Shown in pieces: positions 23,227 to 32,800 of a stretch of 61,688 bases of DNA. The first letter of the stretch is position 1; each line of letters opens with the position of its first letter. The DNA comes from a virus. Location of the stretch: positions 1 to 61,688 of the IMG/VR virus record IMGVR_UViG_3300035541_000081. One strand, written 5' to 3'. The position numbers and the translations under genes were made by a program. The notes beneath the pieces are model-generated. The model worked only from the letters and a program-made list of their open reading frames with translations. It had not been told where the DNA came from and made no database searches.

Positions 23227-23745
23227 ATGGAAAAAAAAGATGCGAAAGAATTCTCTGATATCATGCTGGCCATTGCAGATAATTATCCTGGTGCCACATT
23301 CTCAAGCGCAGGTTTAAAGCTTCGGTTTGAAGCCCTGAAAGAATTCACTATTGACCAGATATCCGAAGCGGCTGTAAAGCTTATCAGCACCCACAAATAC
23401 AAGCACATGCCCACCACTGCGGATATTATAGATGCCATAGGCGGCAGGATCAGCGTAAGCGACCGGGCAGAGATCGAAGCAAATAAAATACTTGACCATT
23501 TGCGCCGTCACGGGAAAAGCGTTATTCCTGAATTTAAAGACCCGATTACAAAGTACCTGATGAACAGCAGGTGGCGGTATTATTCATGGGCTGCCCGTGT
23601 TGCTGAGGATGACTTGAAATGGTGGTTCCGGGATTTTGTCCGGGTTTACCGGGCTCATGCTGCCGGGGCTGGTGTTGGCTTGGATTGCCTGCCAGGCCAT
23701 CCTGAGTTAAGGAAATTGTCTGAGCAGATATGTTTTGATGTATAG
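23227..23745 (+). CDS. G39P-like helicase-loader candidate
   Basis: KEFSDIMLAIADNYPGATFSSAGLKLRFEALKEFTIDQISEAAVKLISTHKYKHMPTTADIIDAI resembles the SPP1 G39P pattern. GGAGG RBS before the ATG at 23227. Confidence 0.45.
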   Translation: MEKKDAKEFSDIMLAIADNYPGATFSSAGLKLRFEALKEFTIDQISEAAVKLISTHKYKHMPTTADIIDAIGGRISVSDRAEIEANKILDHLRRHGKSVIPEFKDPITKYLMNSRWRYYSWAARVAEDDLKWWFRDFVRVYRAHAAGAGVGLDCLPGHPELRKLSEQICFDV

Positions 23746-23755
23746 TGGTCATTTG

Positions 23756-23784
23756 AGCCCCGGGAGAATAATTCCCCTGGGGCT
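23756..23784. terminator. hairpin between convergent operons (no clear U tract)
   Basis: agccccggg...cccctggggct between the plus-strand gene end (23745) and the minus-strand gene end (23799). Confidence 0.3.
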
Positions 23785-23798
23785 TGAATGAAAACGGA

Positions 23799-23924
23799 TT
23801 AAACTTGATTGTTTTTCCCGAATTTTTTCAAGGCCACGTCAACATTGTCAATCAGGGCGGCGGCGGCTTTATCCGTGCCGAAAATTTTCCCGACGGTTTC
23901 ACCTATGAATTTTAACCCGAACAT
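23799..23924 (-). CDS. 41-aa peptide downstream of the endolysin (MFGLKFIGETVGKIFGTDKAAAALIDNVDVALKKFGKNNQV)
   Basis: Not in the ORF track. Its ATG shares one base with the endolysin TGA (TGATG). Confidence 0.3.
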   Translation of the reverse strand: MFGLKFIGETVGKIFGTDKAAAALIDNVDVALKKFGKNNQV

Positions 23925-24478
23925 CACGCAGCGACCTTTTCAACGCGGTTGAGCCAACCGCACAAAAATTTCAGGTTGCTGTTGATATGGTCATCCCGGC
24001 GGCGGCTGTCACTTAAACAAATGTTTTTATAATGAAAAACTTTTGCCAGGCTGAATTCAGCTATAAATAGCCGTTCTTCACGCTCATCGGTTACATATGC
24101 CGCCATTTTTGCGATCGTTTTTTTACCCAGTATACCATCCGGGGTCGCACCGACAATCCGTTGTGCGATCTTTACGGACGTTCTAAGACCGGCATTCACG
24201 GCAAAATCATAAAGCACAAAGGCCACGCCCTGGAAACCAATGATGTCCCCATGGAGTTGGTCCCAGAAATGCGCCTTGTAAAACGTTCTCACCATGGATT
24301 CTATCCGGTCGCCCTGTGTTTCCCCAGCGTCAATTAACTGCCACCCTGTCCAATCCGGCCACGCATTTCGTGAGATACCGGCGTATGTCATGCCCCCACG
24401 ATCCCCAGGGACGTTGTGCAACCGATACCCGCCCTCAAGATGAATTACTTTTTCAAAACATAAATCAAAGTTTGCCAT
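23924..24478 (-). CDS. endolysin, GH108-type lysozyme with a PG_binding_3-like C-terminus
   Basis: FEKVIHLEGGYRLHNVPGDRGGMTYAGIS (EGGY...D-x-GG-x-T-x-x-GI signature). Confidence 0.8.
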   Translation of the reverse strand: MANFDLCFEKVIHLEGGYRLHNVPGDRGGMTYAGISRNAWPDWTGWQLIDAGETQGDRIESMVRTFYKAHFWDQLHGDIIGFQGVAFVLYDFAVNAGLRTSVKIAQRIVGATPDGILGKKTIAKMAAYVTDEREERLFIAEFSLAKVFHYKNICLSDSRRRDDHINSNLKFLCGWLNRVEKVAA

Positions 24479-24504
24479 TATATTCTCCTACTATTCTACT
24501 ATTG

Positions 24505-24891
24505 TCATGATGTCGCGATACCGTCAGCCTGTCCCAAAACCTTGAATATATTAAAAGTCCCTTCCGCTATGACACTCCCTATAAAAGAAGTCCCATCATC
24601 AAGCTTACCATCATAAGCTGACTGGAAAGAGATGACTCGATTGCCTATATCCGCATTCCCGAAAATTGCCAGATCATCACCACTCAAGACAAACTGCAAA
24701 GATGTCATTGCACTATTCGTAAACGATCTCTCGTTGACAATCGTTCCGTCAATCCTCATCAGTTGCCATTGCGGGTTTGTCAACTGGGCAAATGAAACAG
24801 CATTTTTATTATCATCAACAGGGGCTATCGTGACAATGGCCGTGCCTTTCTCTGGAATCCCTCCTTCGACACTTATTTGTTGAATACTCAT
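24505..24891 (-). CDS. hypothetical virion/tail-associated protein
   Basis: 128-aa beta-rich ORF, ATGA-coupled in the late operon. Confidence 0.6.
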   Translation of the reverse strand: MSIQQISVEGGIPEKGTAIVTIAPVDDNKNAVSFAQLTNPQWQLMRIDGTIVNERSFTNSAMTSLQFVLSGDDLAIFGNADIGNRVISFQSAYDGKLDDGTSFIGSVIAEGTFNIFKVLGQADGIATS

Positions 24892-25307
24892 AGTGTAATC
24901 CTCTGCATTTGCTTAATCCTTGGATGAATATGCATTTTAAACTCTTCCAACGGGGCAACATAATCCTTAATAAACTTCCCTGTATAAAAACAAATATCCT
25001 TTAAATGGCACTCAACACCATCAGTCCAGCCGACTGTCCAAATTTTTATTTTCCGGTGCTTTTCATAAACACCATGCTTATAAATCGGCTCCTGCCCACC
25101 CCATCTAAAACACATAAAAAATCTGAATCTTGGATCATTGCAATTGACGGAATGCTTATGGCTATTCATATACGTATCAATCTGAATAACTTTTTCCCAT
25201 TCCACATTCCGCCAATTAACAATCCTTGAATCAAAAACCTTACCATCAGCAGTGTGATATTCTTGCCACCGCCGACGGTATTCTGAATCAAGATGCAGCT
25301 TTTTCAT
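24888..25307 (-). CDS. hypothetical protein
   Basis: 139-aa ORF, coupled on both sides. Confidence 0.6.
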   Translation of the reverse strand: MKKLHLDSEYRRRWQEYHTADGKVFDSRIVNWRNVEWEKVIQIDTYMNSHKHSVNCNDPRFRFFMCFRWGGQEPIYKHGVYEKHRKIKIWTVGWTDGVECHLKDICFYTGKFIKDYVAPLEEFKMHIHPRIKQMQRITL

Positions 25308-25885
25308 CAGGAATAACTATATTTAAAACTATGCTGAAACTCGTAATCAGTCGTAGTTCCCTTATAAGTTCCTGTGGTTTCTCCAGACGCCACTGCCAAA
25401 TACTCAGCCCAGAACACTACATCATCAGACGTTGTGCTCAAGGCCATACTCGACCCCTCATCAGTAGGCCAAACATTCTGTGTTCCTGGCTCCGCTTCTG
25501 GCATATCTGCCCATGTATAACTACCAACCACGGCATCAGCCACATAGTTCTCAGTATTACTCGGCGCAGCATTATCCCCACCAGACAATGGCTGAAATTT
25601 CACAACCGTCCCGGCCTGGTCAAATCCATTTGAAGAAAGCCATAGTTTAAACGTCTCAACAGTGGTGTTCCCGCCGTCTGCTGTAACATCCCAGGCGCAC
25701 ACTTTCACTGCTGAGTTTGCGGCACCTCCTGAAATGTCAATGGTTCCGAAATCAAGCTCGTTGCCATCTCCGGTAGATATCACGCTTTCACTTGCTACTG
25801 CTGCAAGCCTCTCTGCTGCTGTGTCCAGAGCTGCAACTGCGGTAGCAATGGGCCAGTCTCTAAATCTTGTCGTAGGTTCTGCCAT
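25307..25885 (-). CDS. hypothetical virion/tail-associated protein
   Basis: 192-aa ORF following the fibre gene. Confidence 0.6.
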   Translation of the reverse strand: MAEPTTRFRDWPIATAVAALDTAAERLAAVASESVISTGDGNELDFGTIDISGGAANSAVKVCAWDVTADGGNTTVETFKLWLSSNGFDQAGTVVKFQPLSGGDNAAPSNTENYVADAVVGSYTWADMPEAEPGTQNVWPTDEGSSMALSTTSDDVVFWAEYLAVASGETTGTYKGTTTDYEFQHSFKYSYS

Positions 25886-25896
25886 GATCGTTCTCC

Positions 25897-27753
25897 TTAT
25901 GTTATAGTAAATGTTGCATTTGGGGTTTTCATTGAAAAAGTTACTGAAACTTTCCCGACAATCGGTACTGATATAATTATTTTTCCATCCAGAACATCTG
26001 TCTCTGAACCTGATGAAATAAACACCTTGCCATCCAAAAGAACAGTTGAATCGTCTTGAATAATTGCCTTGCCATCAAGCAATCCAATGACTGCATCTGA
26101 GACTACAACCTTGCCATCAACAATATTGGCAACACTGGTCTGGATTGTGGCTGATCCGTCCAGTAAATCAGATGCAATGTCTTTGACGGTTGCTTTTCCA
26201 TCCAGGTTCAGTTCAACGCTGGATTTGATTATGGCTTTTCCGTCCAGGGTGTTATCTGCAATGCTGCCGATATAAATCAGACCGTCCAGATGATTTGTGG
26301 CAACTGACTTGATAATGGTTTTACCATCGAGCAGATTGTTTCCAAACCCTTCTGCATTGACAACCACTTTGCCATCAAGATTATTTGTTGTTGCGCTGGA
26401 TATAATTGATTTGCCGTCAAAGAGGTCTGTGGCGTTGGTTTTGACTACGCCTTTTCCATCAAGAAGATCAGATGTAGTGGTCTTTATAACCCCCTTGCCA
26501 TCTATCAGATTGAATGCTGCATCTTTGACAATTCCTTTGCCATCAAGAATATCAGTGGATTGGCTTTTAATCGCCCCTTTACCATCCAATAGGTCAAGGG
26601 CAGTTGATTTGACCACACCCTTGCCATCCAATAGATCGGTATCAGTATTGGCAACAATTGTCTTTCCATCCAGCAAGTCAGACGCCACTGATTGGACTGA
26701 TATTTTTCCATCAAAGATTGTAGTTGCTACGCTCTGAATTATAGCCCTACCATCAAGATTCTCTATACTATCTGAGGTATTTAAAATTATTGACTTGCCA
26801 TCCAAATTATCCGCAGCACTTGACTGAACAATCGATTTACCATCAAATAAAGCTGATTTTGCTGTAATAATTTTTGCTTTGCCATCTAATAAATCACTTA
26901 CACTGTTTTTAATTGTTGCCAACCCGTCGAGTAAAATAGATGATGCTGTGCGAATAACCACTTTCCCATCAAGAACGGATACAGCCACGTCTCCCGCCCC
27001 CTCCGGTATCGAATAAAACCGCCTGGTGATGGGGTAAAGTAAGCCGTATGGGTGGTCGCTGAGGTGGGTGAGCGTATCCACCGAAAAGACATCGCCGGAG
27101 TACAGTGAAAAACCGATGTCAGCACCATGCCAGTTAAAATCAGAAGACCTATATCCAAACGATAAGGATTCTGAAGATGCTCCAGAAAAGGTTCCTGATA
27201 CTGAATCCACAAACCTATCGTTAATGTAAAACGTCCCAATAGATCCGTCACCTACTAAAGACCATACATTCCATTCATTGGGTTGTGTTAAATGAGAATT
27301 GCCTCTGTCTTTGTACGAAGATCCATATCCTATATAAGTGGCAGTATCGACACCAAAACCAATCCCAATATAAAACCTATGAGAATTGCCGTCATTTGGA
27401 CCATGAATTTGACTTGGTATCAAATTGTTATATTTAAAAAATACAATCCAGGTTCCAATGCTGTCAGGATAGACATCTGTCTCCACATAATCAGGTATAT
27501 CTGACAGCCGTAGGTTATTGCCTCTCCAAGCTGTGTCGGCATGAAATGTTGAATCCCCGGAGGTGATAATATTTTTGGTAGTCTTTCCAGCACTCTCCCA
27601 GCAAGGCCAAAATCCCTGTATTAGCCCCGGATCAATTCCATAAATCTTTTCCGCATTCTCCCGCACTGCGGCCTGCACGCACTCCACCGGCCCCCAAGCT
27701 TCTGGCTTTTCCCTGGGATCACCGCCATAATATTTGCCAATAATGAAAGACAT
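25897..27753 (-). CDS. tail fibre/spike: N-terminal LamG/concanavalin-like domain plus 24 LDGK repeats
   Basis: WRGNNLRLSD...TWIVFFKYNN...WNVWSLVGDGSIGTFYINDRFV, followed by a periodic x-L-D-G-K motif. Confidence 0.7.
   Translation of the reverse strand: MSFIIGKYYGGDPREKPEAWGPVECVQAAVRENAEKIYGIDPGLIQGFWPCWESAGKTTKNIITSGDSTFHADTAWRGNNLRLSDIPDYVETDVYPDSIGTWIVFFKYNNLIPSQIHGPNDGNSHRFYIGIGFGVDTATYIGYGSSYKDRGNSHLTQPNEWNVWSLVGDGSIGTFYINDRFVDSVSGTFSGASSESLSFGYRSSDFNWHGADIGFSLYSGDVFSVDTLTHLSDHPYGLLYPITRRFYSIPEGAGDVAVSVLDGKVVIRTASSILLDGLATIKNSVSDLLDGKAKIITAKSALFDGKSIVQSSAADNLDGKSIILNTSDSIENLDGRAIIQSVATTIFDGKISVQSVASDLLDGKTIVANTDTDLLDGKGVVKSTALDLLDGKGAIKSQSTDILDGKGIVKDAAFNLIDGKGVIKTTTSDLLDGKGVVKTNATDLFDGKSIISSATTNNLDGKVVVNAEGFGNNLLDGKTIIKSVATNHLDGLIYIGSIADNTLDGKAIIKSSVELNLDGKATVKDIASDLLDGSATIQTSVANIVDGKVVVSDAVIGLLDGKAIIQDDSTVLLDGKVFISSGSETDVLDGKIIISVPIVGKVSVTFSMKTPNATFTIT
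25963..26979. repeat. degenerate coding repeat, about 42 nt (14 aa) x24, consensus (S/T)DLLDGK(G/A/S)(I/V)(I/V)Kxxx
   Basis: 24 (L/F/I/V)DG(K/L/R/S) motifs counted between residues 259 and 597 of the 618-aa protein. Confidence 0.85.
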
Positions 27754-28172
27754 TACAGGGATACCTTATCTTCGGTTACTCTCATTCCAACAGTAATGAT
27801 GCTTGTCCCGTCAGTCTTTGCGCCGAACCGCACAATATCTCCGGCCATCATCATTGGAAGCTTAAAGGTTCTTTGCTCGTCATTGCCGGATGAACAGTCG
27901 ATACTGCCGATATAAGTGTATGTTTCAGAATCGTAAGTATCAGGTGTTCCAGAATTTGAATTGTCCGGATCTTTCTTCCGGCCCACATGTACCTCGATGA
28001 TATCATCCGCTGCGGTCCCTGCTGAGTTACCTTCAACCGTAACCTGAGCGTCAATCATATCACCGCTAAATGTGAAATCATCTGACCAATCCATTGCTCC
28101 ATCTGCCGCAACAGCATTAGTGTCAACGGTACTCCATTCAATCTGAGTTTCCGTCTGTGATCTGGTTGCCAT
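27753..28172 (-). CDS. hypothetical virion protein
   Basis: 139-aa ORF with a 1-nt overlap with the fibre gene. Confidence 0.6.
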   Translation of the reverse strand: MATRSQTETQIEWSTVDTNAVAADGAMDWSDDFTFSGDMIDAQVTVEGNSAGTAADDIIEVHVGRKKDPDNSNSGTPDTYDSETYTYIGSIDCSSGNDEQRTFKLPMMMAGDIVRFGAKTDGTSIITVGMRVTEDKVSL

Positions 28173-28173
28173 A

Positions 28174-28398
28174 TCAAGCTCCTATCAGGCCAGCCGCCTT
28201 GTAAGATGTTGCCAGGTCATGGAATTTGTTCTCTGTCATAACCACATATTCCAGTTCGCTGTCTAAAATTTCAGTTTCATTGTCGATCTTACCACCGATC
28301 GTTGCATTGGTAATAACCACCCTTGCGATTTTTATTTGCTTCGAGGCCCCGGTTAATTCGGGGTGTGTGTCTATTTCTGTTTGTAATCCGGATAGCAT
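28174..28398 (-). CDS. hypothetical protein
   Basis: 74-aa ORF, first gene after the giant ORF. Confidence 0.55.
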   Translation of the reverse strand: MLSGLQTEIDTHPELTGASKQIKIARVVITNATIGGKIDNETEILDSELEYVVMTENKFHDLATSYKAAGLIGA

Positions 28399-28414
28399 TG
28401 GTCTTAGCCCTTAA

Positions 28415-28433
28415 TTTTTTTCCACAAGTGGAA
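28415..28433. promoter_or_regulatory. second copy of TTTTTTCCACAAGTGGAAA
   Basis: Identical to 21055-21073. Lies in the 65-bp gap between the giant ORF stop (28464) and the next start (28398). Confidence 0.5.
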
Positions 28434-28463
28434 ACCATTGTTTAAAAAAAGAGACAAACCGAA

Positions 28464-29850
28464 TTATTCTCTTGTCCGTTCACGCTTGCTTGGACGGAAA
28501 GCCCGGCGAATACGAGACTTAATTGTTTGTCTGGTTATTCTGGGTACTATATCAGTCAATTCATTACTTTTCACCCTGGCATTGAATTTTTTCACTTCTA
28601 TGACAATATCCTGCCATTCATCCGGATTCTTTTTTGAAACCGGCTGGGCATGGTAACGAACAATCCGGCTGTAAATCCTGCGTTTCTTTTCAGCGTACTG
28701 CCGTTTCAGTTTGGTTTCATTCCACTGGATTTCACGGGGCTTTGCAATCTTGGTTGGATTTAACCCTGCGGCTCTCATGATACCGGTGCCAAGATCCCCT
28801 TGAACCTGTTCGTTGCCGAAAAACACCTGGTCACCGGCCCGGGTGGTGATGCCTTCGGAGGTTTCCCTATACGCTTTTGCTATATTGCCCATGGCCAGCG
28901 GGGTAATCTTCTCAACCCCTTTCAAATAGTTGCCCTGGGTGATATTAACCCCGCCCTGATAGATATTGCGCATCATGCCGCCAATGGGGCCCAGAACATC
29001 CAGCGGTTCTTTAAAGTCCGGCAGGCCTGGGGCAAGGGAGCCTTTCAAGGAGACCCCGGCCAGTCCGGGCAGTCCATACCGGGCAATATCGCCGCCGGAC
29101 TCGCCGAACATATCTTCAGCCACCTGGTAGATTTTTTCTTCGGGATCATCCTCGCCCATGGCCCTGAAGATCATCTGCACAACAGGCAACGCCAGGGAAC
29201 TGGCCGCCCCGCCGAATATCATAGGGGACAATATCATATATGTAGAAGCCGCCGCCTGTCGCCTGCCGATCATATAAGACAGCGTTGTCATGTAGTTGTG
29301 CATGAACGTTTGGAAAATATACATGGCCGATGCCGCCCGCAACCCCCGGCCTTTCCTGAGTAGTGCCGGTTGGTTCTCAACACCATAAATCCCGTGAGCC
29401 CTGTCAGATACGGTCTTTGCTTTTGACAAGGCATCCTCTTTGGACATGCTCGGATTTTCGGACATGATCCCCTTGTATGCCGCCAAAAGCGTTGTGCCAC
29501 GGTTGAACTCTTCCGTGATCTTAAACGGTGTCATGAGCAATTCAACCGCCCTGCCGTATTTCTGGGCCGGGCCGGATTTCAAGGCGTTGACGGTTTCCAT
29601 GTTCAACTGTGCCGCAACCCAGCCCCGTGAAAATATTTCCTCCAGGATTGCCCGGTCTGCATTTGGCACCGTTCCTTTTCCTGTGACAAAAGAGGCGTAG
29701 GATTTCCCGGCCTTTGCAATGTGCGTTGCTGTTTTCCTTAGCGGAACCCCGCCGTAAGCATCCATGGCCGCCGGAACCGTTGTGCCCATGGCGGTGAGGT
29801 TGATCGCCGCAGAAGACAGGCGCCCACCCAGGAACCACGCCGAGGCCAGT
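28464..29850 (-). other. giant ORF C-terminal region: multi-helix hydrophobic, tape-measure/ejectosome-like segment with a basic tail
   Basis: WFLGGRLSSAAINLTAMGTTVPAAM, LRAASAMYIFQTFMHNYMTTLSYMIG, YMILSPMIFGGAASSLALPVVQMIF, ARYGLPGLAGVSL. Coordinates approximate. Confidence 0.45.
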
Positions 29851-32800
29851 CCCTTCAGGGTGCTAATCACCCGGTCTGCCGCCTCATCGTTTTTGAGAAC
29901 ATTCTCAACAGCGTTTACGGCATCGGTGTATGCCCGTTTCTGCCGTTTCGGGTCAAGCATGTTGTCCTGGATATACTGCCGGTACTCTTTATGGATCTTC
30001 CCCCGTAGCCGGGCAAGTTCCTGGTGCGCGGCGGCGGCCTGGTCGTCATTTTTCCATTTCCTGATTTTTTCTTTTTCCCGGAACAGCGTTCCAATTCGGA
30101 ACAACCGGTCCTGCCTGGCCGCTTCTGATTCCGTGTTTACCCCTACCCGTTCCCGCTGCAACTCTTTAATTTTCTGGTCAATGGCATCAATCCGTTCATT
30201 TTCGGTTTTGGAGTTTTTCTGCATGGTCTTCAAGGATTCTTCCACGGCCTGGAGCGCATCATAATCCGGGTGTTGCTTCTGCCATTCATTCCAGGTGTAG
30301 TGCTGGCCGGTGATGGCCTTGGAGGTGTTCACGGCAACCTGCTGTTTTGCATAGCCGCCTGCCGCAGAGTTCACGGCCTGGGCAAGGGCCTTCAGCGGGT
30401 CGGTTTCATACCCCATGGGGACATCTTTTCCTGTGGCATCAGACCTGGAAATCATCCTGGCCCGGCTTCCCCGCGCTCTCAGGTCGTCAGCCAATTGATT
30501 GGCCAAGCTCTTGGCAATTTCAAATGAGACATCCGCATCTTGTCCCTGGGCCTGAAACAACGCATTTGTAACGATATCCGGCATGTCTTTGGGTGCGTTG
30601 TCAAAGCGATACCCAGGGGACCAACTATTTCCTCCGCGCCCCAGGTCTGAGTATGGCTGCCCCCCTAACTTTTTTAAAACGGATTCAGACCATTCGTAAA
30701 CCCCGCCCGCAGGCAATACATAGTCCTCTCCGCGCCACTCGCCGTTTATGCCCAAATCTTTGAGCGTCCGAAGCTTAGTGTCCAGCTTGGTTTCTGACAA
30801 TGCCTGGTTGACCATGGCCTGTGTGGAAAGGATGCTTTTCACATTCTGGTACACATCCTCGGACATGCTGCCGGTTTTTTCTACCTGAACAGTATATCCC
30901 TGGGATTCCATCTTACCGGCCAAGTAGTCGGCGGTTGATTTAAAATCCCGGTACTCAATAAATGGATGTTCGCCTTCTTTTTCCGCATAGACCCGCCAGT
31001 CACCATTAGACCGTTGCCGTGGAAAGTAATAAGACGACCGTTCGCCCATTTTGGACAGGGCTACCTTTAAGTTGATTCGGTTTTCACCTGCTTCAGTCCG
31101 GGTCACCACCTCCGGTAAGGTCAATCCCCGTTCTTCATACTCCTCTATAATGGACTCCCAGGACTCGGCATAAAAGTCATGGAGATTGGCCGTCACGGTT
31201 CTGAATGCCCTCAATGCGTCACGGGCGGCCGGGTCCGGATATTCATCAACTTCATACTGGATCGCCAGGTCACGGGCCTTGTTTTTCGTCAGTATCCCTT
31301 CTTCTAAAATGGATCGTTTGCCGGTGCGCTCGTCTTTCGGTGACTTTATTGTCCAGGTGCCGTCTTCATCTTGAATGAGCACCGCCCCGATTTGATTGAT
31401 ATCCCGGTCAACCAGGTACTCTTTAAGGTCGGAATAAGCGGCTTTGTTGTGCTTTTGCAAGTCCTCCATTGTGCCGATCATGGACTCTTCGCCGTTTTTA
31501 GACAATTCGTTTTCTTTCTGGAATTTCCATTCCGGCCGCTTCAATAATTCTTCAAAGGTTCTTTTTAATGCCGGGATACTTTCGGAATAGTGGGACATCA
31601 GACCCATTGTATTTTCAAGGACACCAATATCCTTCTTGTATCCAGGCCCCTTGTTCTTCCGGTTTTTAATTACATGCTGAAGGCCGGAAGCTATTTGGCC
31701 GTAGACTTTCTTTTTTTCACTTTCTGTTGGGGCTTTGGCGTCGTCTGATGTTTGGTATCGAATATCCGGATTGCTACCATCCCATGTGCCGCGATTTGCA
31801 ACTGACTTTACCTGTCCAGAACTAAAAACTGAAATCAATGGAGATGCCCCAGGAACTGGAATAATAATCGAATCATACCCACGCAACCTAAGCTTACGCT
31901 TTTTTATTATTGAATCAGTAACGGTTTCAAAACTTTGCGCTTCATCAAGGGACATCTTGTATGGTTTTTTCATTTGGAGATAAGCCTCGATAACATTACC
32001 GCTATCTTTGGCGTATGAATTGGCATAATCACGATCCATAGTGAAGAAGTGACCAAGTCCGGATGCTGTGTGTGTGGTGGACTCTCCTGGACGATCCTCA
32101 AAGACTGTAAATCTATTTGGAGATCCATGAAAAAAACTTACTGGTTCTCCAGATTTTGTTTTTGCCACTGAACCATCAAACCATTTTTTAAATGCTTCAC
32201 TGTCTGTGTTGCCTGCTGTTTGGAAATTCGGCGTACCTTTACTCAGCCCATTCGCCTCTCGCCCATAAATATCCCCACTCTCATATTCCCGGGCCAGCTT
32301 CCGGGCAGACTGCCGGCCGATGTGAACCAGTGCGTCAAAGAAATCCACAATCTTCTGAATTAGTGCGTTAACGTTGGACCCTTCCCGGTAATTGGCTCTA
32401 TCCGCAACAAGTTGGGCCAGGGTGTTGGCCTGGTTTTCCTCCATGTCTTCCTGGATGTCATACCGGTTCTTTTTCTGCGCCTTCAACATCTTTGTCAGAT
32501 TATTGAGCGTTTTCTCGTCTGCCGGGGTAATCATGCCCAGGGCTTTGAGCGCATGGTAGTTTTCATGGATAGCTGTTTCCATGTCAGCCATATTCGTATT
32601 CAGCGTAATTTCACCATCCTGGTATTTTCCAAGAATGACACCGTCGCGCTTCATCCTGCCGGATTCCATGGCAAAGCGGATATCATCACCGCCGATGTGG
32701 TCCACGGTCTTTATGCGGACACCCTTTCCGTTTGTGAAGCGGATGGATAGGATGCCGTCGGGGTTGGTGGTGATTTGCTGGTTTTTGTATTTGGATTTTA

